From Mesotaenium endlicherianum (taxonomy: Eukaryota), in the NCBI GenBank assembly GCA_009602735.1, contig WELA01000598.1, positions 174,943 to 194,942 of the forward strand: a stretch of 20,000 nt of DNA, read 5' to 3'. Both the position numbers and the translations under genes were made by a program. The notes beneath the pieces are model-generated. The model was not told where the DNA came from and searched no databases. It was given only the letters and a program-made list of their open reading frames with translations. Below, piece after piece: positions 11,552 to 20,000 of this stretch. Numbering within the stretch: the first letter of the stretch is position 1; each line of letters opens with the position of its first letter.

Positions 11552-14303
11552 CTGCCAAGGGTACATCTTCGTGATGCCTTTCTTAGCATACACTGCACAT
11601 ACACTTGGAGATAACCACGTGGCAAGCTCCAGCTCCTGGTCCTGTGTGCTCCCTCCAACTTGCAGCAAAGCATTGTCTGAACCACACATAGTTCCAGGTC
11701 CCTCTTCGTCAACCCCGCCAACCTCAGCCCCCGCAGCTTGTGCATCCTGTACCCGCGCTGCTTGGACAGGTGAGGCAGCCTCAGCACCCCCCTGTGCGGC
11801 ATTCTTAAGAACAACAATCTGAGGTCCATCCACGGTCACTCCCCCACCTCTCATGCCTGAGTTGCAGTCTGAAGAAGCTCCTTGCGTGAACTCTGGCCTA
11901 CTCTGAATCTGAGCTGCATTGTCAGGCTGCAGAGGAACAGTAACTTCACTGTTTCTCACTACTCCTGTGCTACCAAGACCTGCAACTCCTATACTTAGAG
12001 TAGCAGAGGCAGCTCCCTGAAGTGTGGCATTGAAACAGATCTCCCTTCCCTTCGATACAGTACCCTCTTCTTTCTGTACCAACGTTTCCTGCCTTGCACT
12101 TGTGCTGGGCTCGTTCTGAGTGGAGAGTCGACACCTGGCAGATGTCATGTCTGACAGGTTACACGTGCTCTGCCCAGAATCTTCTCCGCACCCATCCAGA
12201 ATCTCAGTTGCTGCCACTTCTGCATCATTTCCTGCAGAAAAAGTGCCTAAATGTCCAACTGACACCCTCTCAATGGGGTATGTTGTGGGTCTGACAAGTT
12301 GCTGCTCAATCTCTGCTTGCTCCTGCTTTATATTTGGGATGTCACAACCAGCATCAGCGTGTCTATGACGAGGACAACCTTCTAACGGGCCTGAAGGAGA
12401 AGTTGAGCTGGACAAGGCAATATGTAGGGGAGGCATTGCTATTTCTGCTGGGTTCCTTCCCTTCTCCTTTCTTGGCTTTGAGGGGGGAGAGTGAGCTCCA
12501 ACCTTTTGTGAAGGACCAGCTCGACAAGGTTGGAGAACAAAAGGTCGTGTATTGCAGACATGAGGCATCATACTTTCTCGTGGAGACTTGAGCAGTGACA
12601 AATGCTCTGAGGTATGAAGCTTGTGTTGGGAGTCATGTATCAGGTGTGACTGCACCACTTGACGGTTAGGTTCTTCCCAACCTCTGGAAGACGAGTTGGG
12701 TATGCCCTTCTTCCCGAGCTCATGCTCATCAAGAGGAAACTCCAAAGAAGCAGGTTGACCAGATTTTTCGTCACCAGGTATTTGCCCACCAGTAACAAGG
12801 CCTGTAAAACTGAGCTGGCGAACTTGCAAAGGTGAACTTTGTGACACATCTACACACTGTGCACCAGGACTTGCGAATGAGGAGCACTGGAGATGACGAT
12901 GTCCAAGTGCTACTGCAGCAGTGGTCTTCTTCCCTTCTTCGCTTTCTCTACAAGCACCTTCGGTGTCTTTTCCCCTGTCAATCTCACTACCACCGGGCCC
13001 CTCCTTCATTCCAGGATATAACTGTTCTGCAGCATCATGCTCTAATGCCTTCTCTAGTCCAGCATTCCCTGCCCGTCTGGCAAGGCTTGGGACCGCATTG
13101 AATTCCAGCTTTCCCACAGCAGTTTCCGCTCCTCCTGTGATTGGGATGTTCAGATTGGAAGTCACTGGGTTCACAGCACCACTACATACTTTTAACTGCC
13201 CGAGTACTATCTTATAATATTCATCCCCAGGAGAATACTCCTCCGCCAAATAAGGTCCCCTTTTGTGTTCACCAGTTCCTGGACTGTCTTGTTTACACAA
13301 CGCCTGCCCCGCCTGTATCCTGTTCTTCGATGCAATCCCTTCTACAGCACCTACTTCTAGCTCTTCACGCTCACTCTCAAGATCACCCAAATGCACGCCT
13401 TGTGATTCAAAGTGGTGTGTTCTAGGAGCACATGTGCCAGCTTGGTGCTCGGCTCCCACCCTTCCAGCAAAGTTGTTACAAGATGAAGTTGCGTCCACCT
13501 TGGGAGGCTGAGGACTATCACATGTCACCTCTTTAAATGCGGGATAGGCACAAGAAGTACCTGACGTAACGTTCTCAGCATTCTGCCGACAGTGGCCTAT
13601 TGCAGGTACGCAGCCAGCTGCTGGAACCACATGACTCTCGCAAAGTTTGTCAAAAACAGCTAGTGTAGGTGTATCAGGAGAGGGAAGCTCTTTCAAGGCT
13701 CTCAACAGCTCAAAACCTTGCAATGTTACAACCCCTTCAGGCTTCTTCACAAGCACAACCCCTGCCTGCTGACCCTGGGCGTTAACAGTACCCTGCCCCG
13801 CCTGGTTGATGAGTGGTTCAATTGCACTTGTAAGCGCTGGAGCAATTTCCTGACATCCTGCTCCCAAAAAAGCTGGTGATTCTGATTCATTTTCAGAGTC
13901 TGTCAACCCTTGAGTAGTAGCATCACTGTCGGCTTTCTGATTACTCGCATCTGCACCAGGAAAACCTGCTGGAAGCTCTTTAAGATGGCCTGAAACTGAC
14001 GGTCCCCTCCTGTCTCTACCCTCAGTCTGACTATAATCACTCTGATCACTTGGTTGACTCCCACTGTAGGCCCTTGGACATTTGAACGGGGTTCTTGCAT
14101 TCTTGACAACTCCCCTACCTGTCTGTGAGTCTGCACCAACTTTGTCCTCAACTTTTCTTTGTAAGTGGTGATGAAGTTGCTTATCAGTGCTGGCCAATTG
14201 ACGATCCAACCCTGCAAGACTTGATGTAGTGCTATCGTCTTTTGGCTTCTGTGAGTTACTTGAACCCGTTGCAAATGAGTACCTAGACGAACCATTGCCA
14301 CGC
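11552..14303 (-). CDS. POLQ: POLQ large N-terminal exon (2752 nt), low-complexity region ending at the helicase Q motif (LELATWLSPSVCAVYAKKGITKMYPWQ)
   Basis: 892-aa ORF in the track, with the frame open further up to acceptor ccttgcag| at 14304. Donor cag|gtgtgt follows MYPWQ. An alternative acceptor near 14212 is possible. Confidence 0.88.
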
Positions 14304-14694
14304 CTGCAAGGAACATTACAATCGCAGTATTATCAAGAATGTTGCAACAACTGAAGCTGACTTCGTTCCCTAATAAAATAAAAGACGTGAGTATGATGTA
14401 TATGTGGGAAAAAGCTGACTCTTCAGAGCAGCATTGACAGCACATAGCATCTTGAAGTCTCATGTTCTGCACTAGTCTAACAACCTGGACACATATTCAC
14501 GAAGCTCACGATTGTTGTAAAAAGTGTGAGTCGCTTTCTTCAAGACTAGGCCAACTCCAGAGCAACTTGGCAATGCACTACTGCGAGCCTTCAATGACTA
14601 AGAGAAGGCTCTTAAACCCTCCCACTTGAAGAATCACCCGTGCAGCACGATTACTGATAGCATACAGAATATGATGCTTAGGCGCCAACCACAC

Positions 14695-14773
14695 CTTATA
14701 AATATGCCAAAAAAATCATCTTGGGAGCAATCCAACTTTTCCGCGACAATATCTTCAGAACCATCCTGTCCAC
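14695..14773 (-). CDS. POLQ: POLQ probable small N-terminal exon (GGQDGSEDIVAEKLDCSQDDFFGIFIR)
   Basis: Acceptor ttttacag|, donor ag|gtgtgg, 79 nt. It converts phase 1 to phase 2 exactly as the large exon requires. DDFFGIFI loosely resembles the DFLSLYC motif of plant TEB. Confidence 0.6.
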
Positions 14774-15291
14774 CTGTAAAAGTTGCAATTGATGTGCTTC
14801 AGCCATTCATGTCAAAGAATGAAATGCAAGCGAACCTATTAAATTCTTCAGAACCCCGAAACACAAGAATGTCAGCGCCCTGCTAAGTGCGAGTAGAGGT
14901 GAATAGAAGTGCATCAAGAACATCTCATAAGCAATACAGATAGGTCCCAGAGATGCAGACTACAAGAAGGTGCTTGTGAAGGCATGACGAGTAGCTTGAC
15001 TTGAGGCGATCAAGAAGATTACACCATGAAGGGCAGACGACTATGCACAGTTTTGTACTGATGTTCCTCTGGGCTTCATAGAACGTTTCACGGTTCTCAA
15101 AGTAGCAATGGAAGTGGTTATCTGCCTGGCTTAACAGCGTGTTCAACACAAAGGCTGCCCTGAAGCTAGAAGCCTTGTGCAACCTTTCTTCGATCCACAA
15201 CAATTTCAACCTATGGACAATGTATTTTAACAACGTCTTGTGTTTGCTCGATTCAATGCAGACTGCATAAACTCAGCTCTAATAAGCTCAC

Positions 15292-15412
15292 CTTTAACAA
15301 CAAGGTCTTCATGCTTGGAGCCACTGATATAGTTGTCACGAAGTCTTTGGGATTCTGAAGCTGTCAGCAGAAGCCTGTCCTGAATAGGTAACTTCTTTTT
15401 TGCGAAAAAGTA
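15292..15412 (-). CDS. POLQ: POLQ probable N-terminal exon (YFFAKKKLPIQ...DLVVK)
   Basis: Acceptor ctccag|, donor |gtgagc, 121 nt open. YFFAKKK resembles the F(F/Y)xSKKRK motif near the start of plant TEBICHI as recalled; phase 0 to 1 fits the next exon. Confidence 0.6.
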
Positions 15413-16329
15413 CTGGAGTCAATACGCACATATACGCACACAATCAGCACATGCGAGGATATTGTACTTCTGAGGTACGATCACTGCAAATTATGTATGA
15501 GACAACAGTGGACTACGAGAGGCAAACTTACATCAGATATGGCCCCTTTCCTCTTGCGTGGCGTCGTAAAGTGCTGTGTATTTTCAAGACCGGCAGGGTA
15601 CGCACACAAATCAGGGCCTGTCATCACCTAAGCCTTTGAACGAGGGACGTATCAACTTATACTTCATATGAAGCCATTGAGATCAGTCGACATATCTAGT
15701 AACGGGTGCACATGACCTCAGAGGTGAGAGCCACTTGAGCTGACCCGACATTATGCGATAAAGGTCCATCATACACAGGAGTTTGTCTCCGTCTTGGCTG
15801 ACTTCTGGGCTTTCCTTCTTCATCATTAGCATCACATAAGCGAGTATACTCCTACAGGATGCATGGCGTGCTCGTAACGTGCATATTCATATTTGCTGCT
15901 GACCGTTATATGCATGTGTTCGCGCCTATATGCTGGCCTGCGCTGGTCTATGCACATTGAGAACAAATGAACGAGTTACCGCCCAAAAATTGAAGTCGGT
16001 CGCGCTGACCCCACCTTCGCACGATTTTATGTCAAGTCGGTTGTTAAGAAGTCGGAAACAGTCTTAAACATGGGGGAAACTTGGGGAAACTTGTCTTTTT
16101 CAAAATTTTATTCAAGTACTCGCCTGACTTCTTCAAAGTCTTGAATTTCTGAGTAACTTCACATTTGATATCTCTTTATTATTAAATTGAGTATATATTC
16201 CTTCGACCAGACATTTACATTTTACAAAACTTCAAAAGAAGGTATTCGTGTGATACTTTTGACTCTTCAAAATGGTTCGGCCATCACTGACCATACACGA
16301 TTCCACGTCTTCTTTATATGTTAACACCC

Positions 16330-16400
16330 GTCACAAGCCCGCACACACACAAGCCCACGCAGCCCACGCAAGCCACGTCACAAGCCCTCAAACCCACGCA
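16330..16400 (-). promoter_or_regulatory. Imperfect (A)AGCCCACGC repeat cluster with site II-like TGGGCT motifs in the probable POLQ promoter
   Basis: AGCCCA at 16352-16357 and 16361-16366, GTCACAAGCCC at 16330-16340 and 16377-16387, upstream of the first recognisable exons. Function is inferred only. Confidence 0.35.
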
Positions 16401-17411
16401 GAGGATTCCTCTTAACTCAAGTAGTCAGTGCTCTTATTCCATAATTGCCATCAGAGTCCACATATCGAATTGGCCTCCAAGCTAGTGTTTGTAATAATGT
16501 AAAAGACAACGCTCTCTTAGCCTACACCCTTCTTTGTGCTTCTATGCCCAACTAACATCAAACAGCCACATACCTTCCTATACGTGTTTGCTTAAAATCC
16601 ACCTTGAAACTATGCTTAAACATGTGAAAATCTATAAACAAGTCTTTGGAATATTGTCCTTATGGCATTTGAACATAATGACGCCAACCTGTGCCTCTGT
16701 AATCGTCACTAGAACACTTACAACAACTTCTAAGAACTTCTTGCAGCATCCAACAATCAGTGTGCACTCAGGCAGCGGTATATGATCTGTAGTTGTTATA
16801 GTTGTGTCGCCTTGGAGATCAACACACACGCTTATCATTTATAGGATTGCACAATTTTGTAGAGAAATAAAAGTGTAGGCAAACTCGAAATCAAATTCAA
16901 GACGCTTCAATTGACGTACGTTCGAATGCTTTATAATTGATCCATCCATCCAAGCCAACGGCAGAGTGTTGTGTAAACGTGTAAAGCTTCTGAAAATTTC
17001 AATAGTAATGCACCCACTATACAAAAGTAAATTCAATATGTTGCAAAACAAAGTATTCAATTATATGAAATATAAGAAGTTGTTACATAAAGTAGATGGT
17101 AATGCGCGGCAGTGCTCGCTCGATTCCGTTAGACCATGAACTTTTTTAGCAATCAGAATACTACTCAATTTTAGATTGAAGAGCTACTTCCCATCGCATG
17201 CAGACATAAGAAGCGCAGCTAGATCCCTCTCAACCTACCCTACATTTGCAAACAAGACACACTAGTTAAAGGGCTCTTACACAAGGGGGCGGCAATAATT
17301 GTTGCTACTGTAGTACAGTTTGAGATTGTTTTTACGTGCTTGATAAACACGCGTAGAATCACAAGTGGGAATATATTCAATCTATAAATGCAATTATGTC
17401 ATGTCTATCTG

Positions 17412-18182
17412 TGTCGGAGCCTTCGGCACGTGTGAAGATTGCCATTACATCTGTCCTCGACCCTATTGACCTTGTTGGTGCCCTCGCATGTGAGTTGTCG
17501 CCCTGGTTGGTCACCGAGGGATGACTCCGCACGTGTGTCGGTGGCTAGCTATATTGGGTTGACTCTGCTTCCAGATGAACTTGACATGGCAAAGGCCAAG
17601 TCCTAGGTCTGCAGGCTTTGTGTTCACACACTGAGCTCATTTACATCCTTATTTTTCAAAGATGTTTCATTAAATTTGTAATAAGTTTTGGATACATTAG
17701 TTTTCCTCATAGGTAGAGCGTCGGCTTGATTTGGTCACTGTGGTCAACGACAGCTAAACCGTACTTGGGCTCGCCGTGACTTCTTTTCCATATTGTCATT
17801 TCTTGACAGTCGCTGCATCAATAAAGTTATGCGGTGCATGTATATAATATGTAGGAATATTAGTGTACCCTACTTTCTTGTGTCGTGCCTAACAGTGTCG
17901 GTCCCTCGGCACGTACGTGGCCTTTCAGCACGTGTGCCTTCGACCTGGTCGATGTGTCGGTGGCCCTCCTCACGTGCGGGCAAACATGGTCGATCGATCT
18001 TTGCACGTGTGTCGGTGACAAGCCTTACCAGGGTTAAGCCATCCCTGGGCTCCTGAACTTGCACCATGCAACCATGACCAACTCTCAGGGCTTTGTTTAC
18101 TTTACTCAGCCCTCACCATCTGCTTATCTTAAGCCTTAGCAGAAAATTTAAAAATACTTGCCTTGCCTTAATTCCTCTTACA
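17412..18182 (-). repeat. 3' LTR (about 770 bp), TGTAAG ... probable end GGCTCCGACA
   Basis: The start is fixed by the PPT. The end is inferred from a terminal ACA, the last copy of the LTR-internal GTGTCGG/CACGTG motif and the switch to AT-rich DNA. The partner LTR and TSD are outside the window. Confidence 0.65.
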
Positions 18183-18194
18183 CCCCTCCCTTTC
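18183..18194 (-). other. Polypurine tract (GAAAGGGAGGGG) of the gypsy element
   Basis: All-purine 12-mer on the minus strand about 35 nt after the integrase stop, directly followed by TGTAAG. Confidence 0.85.
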
Positions 18195-18229
18195 AGCTGA
18201 GGCGTCCCTGCCTTTTCTGCTGAAACCTA

Positions 18230-19924
18230 TTATTTTCCAGCCCTGCGGCTAGGGGGTTTAGGAAGGCAGTCAGGACATTCCCATTGTCCTGCCATAATCT
18301 CTTCCTCGCCAATGCAGAAAGTGTGCCAACGGGCACCACACTTATTGCAAGTTACCATTGCTTCCTGATCATCCAGCACTTTGCAGCTGGCACAAGGTGT
18401 GGCTGGCACCAATTCCTCGGGCACAACCCTAACCGTAGGATCGACATTCGGCAAATGGCATAGCGAACAATTCTGCACGTGGTCTCTCATAGTTTTACCA
18501 TAAGAACCTTCCAATTCGAACACACCATTGTCAAACGCATGTTTCACGCGTAGGATCACTGCACCTGAACTGGTGTCGATGGTGGTCTTGGTCTGGCGCT
18601 TGCGGTAGACAAAATCTCCTTCTTGAATCTGCGTCATCTGCAAGCGGTAACTTCCGTCTCGCATCCTGGCGTAACGCTGTGTATCTCTTTTCTGTGCAAT
18701 TTTCAGATTGTGCAGTGCAGTCGGCATCATGCGCTCAAATAACGCCTTACGGCGTACCATCACCTTTAGCAGTTCCTCAGGGCTCTCCAGGTCTTTCACC
18801 TGTTCAATCTCCTGCTTGATGCTGCTGGGCACTACTGGACTTCTGCCAAACAATATCTGATATGGCGAGTAATTTGCCAAGGCAGCCTGCTTGCTAAATG
18901 TGTAACCCATAACCAGCCATGGCAGGGCCAGATCCCAGTCACGCTTGTCATGCTCGAGGCAAAACTTGCGCAAAGCAGACTTAACGGTTTGCACCATCCT
19001 TTTTGCCAGACCATCTGCTTGCGGATGATCTCTAGACGTAGTGCGATGATCGATGAAGCATCTATCCAAGAGTTTCTGAAAGGACCCTTGGAACTCAGAA
19101 CCTTGGTCTGTCAGCACTTCTGCTGGAGCTCCATGACGCACAATCACACCATTGAGGAGCGCTTCCGCGGTCCCTACACTCTCCTTAGCAATCAGAGGCA
19201 CAACCTCTATCCACTTAGAGAAATGCTCAATCATGACCATGATATACTTGTTACCTCGCTTCGACAGCGGTAGCTCATCTGCGAGATCGCAGCTCCAGCG
19301 GTAGCCTAGGCCCATGATCGGCAAAGGTTACAAGTGTGGATATTGCTGGGTAAAACCAGCCTTGACGCGATCGCAGCTTTGGCAAGCCTTGATCACATCT
19401 TCACACTGCTGCTTCATGCCCCTCCACCAGTAAGACAGTTCCAAAAGACTATACGTCTTCTTGACACCATAGTGTCCAGTGTTCTTGTGCACTTCCTGCA
19501 GAAGAGCTCGTCTCCTGATGGGTTCTGGCACTAACTTCTCCTGACCAGTACCTTCAATTTTGAAGAGGTTGTTGCGTTTCCAGCAAAACCTTTTAGCTTG
19601 ATGGCTCACCTGGTCCTTCTCCTTCACTGATAGCCCTTCCAAGTGAGTTCCCGTCTTCAGCCAGTGCATAGTAGCTTGATCTTTCCAGATCTCTGGACTG
19701 AACAGAAGTAGAGGCTCAGCCTCATCTCATGCTACCATTCCAGCCATTTCGGCTAGGCAGGCCACCAACTCTGCTGGGCTGCTCGGATCTTCGTCCTCTC
19801 GAGCTCCTAATCTGTTGTCGGAAGATGGGTCTGGGTTCCTGCTGAGTCCACCGGCGTCGTTGTTGAGCACTCCTGCTTTGTGTACCACCGTCATTTGGTA
19901 CTCTTGCAGCTTAAGAGCCCAGTG
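18230..19924 (-). pseudogene. Gypsy pol fragment: RNase H C-terminus, integrase (HHCC zinc motif, rve core) and C-terminal PHD finger; two in-frame stops
   Basis: One reading frame: HWALKLQEYQMTVVHKAGVLNNDAGGLSRNP (RNase H end); VHKNTGHYG...YWWRGM...CQSC (HHCC); WSCDLA, IEHFSKWIE, VLTDQGSEF, HPQADGLAKRMVQT, SPYQILFGRSP. Stops are TGA at 19727-19729 and TAA at 19328-19330. Confidence 0.93.
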
Positions 19925-19926
19925 AG

Positions 19927-20000
19927 TGTAGTGAAACAGATAGATAAAGTACTTAGTAAAACAGACTACTTTATCTATTCAAGACAAGGATCTTTGAACA
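19927..20000. mobile_element. Probable terminus of a nested insertion (TG-starting, LTR-like) interrupting the RNase H coding region
   Basis: Pol homology stops abruptly at 19926; the new AT-rich sequence starts TGTAGTG; only 74 bp are visible. Confidence 0.5.

Larger units (their letters stand above)
17412..19926 (-). mobile_element. Ty3/gypsy LTR retrotransposon, 3' portion (RNase H end, integrase-PHD, PPT, 3' LTR), degenerate
   Basis: RNaseH-then-integrase order is gypsy-type; a PPT and a TGTAAG LTR start follow the integrase stop. The left boundary is approximate. Confidence 0.9.

Noticed and set aside
13903..14472. 189-aa minus-strand ORF overlapping the start of the large exon
   Set aside because: Alternative frame spanning an intron/exon boundary; no motif, and splice phases favour the 892-aa frame.
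15895..15990. MSA-like (TAACGGTC) and E2F-like (TTTGGGCGG) sites
   Set aside because: Single imperfect matches, expected by chance.
16480..17270. Possible non-autonomous DNA element bounded by inverted CTAGTGT ends, with short ORFs inside
   Set aside because: The match is only 7 bp with no convincing TIR, TSD or coding homology; AT-rich intergenic DNA.
19325..19333. Programmed stop read-through between the two integrase ORFs
   Set aside because: The stop lies inside the integrase, and a second stop plus the E-to-K catalytic change indicate decay.

Overview
Eukaryotic (plant-lineage, probably streptophyte-alga-like) genomic DNA with two main components. (1) A minus-strand, intron-rich DNA polymerase theta gene (POLQ; plant TEBICHI-type helicase-polymerase) spans about 414-15412. 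I reconstructed 19 phase-consistent exons (7374 nt, about 2458 codons). They cover a very long N-terminal region, a complete Ski2/HELQ-type SF2 helicase, a low-complexity linker and the inactive 3'-5' exonuclease-like domain. The family-A polymerase domain should lie beyond the left edge, and the start codon was not pinned down. One intron appears to use a GC donor, and another holds a 249-N assembly gap. (2) About 2 kb upstream, on the same strand, is the 3' half of a decayed Ty3/gypsy LTR retrotransposon: RNase H end, integrase with a C-terminal PHD finger, polypurine tract and 3' LTR. It is cut at about 19927 by what looks like a nested insertion. Its LTR is rich in G-box/ABRE and DRE/CRT motifs and faces the POLQ gene. 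No prokaryotic-type system, RNA gene or CRISPR array was seen. Family assignments come from recalled motifs, not database searches.
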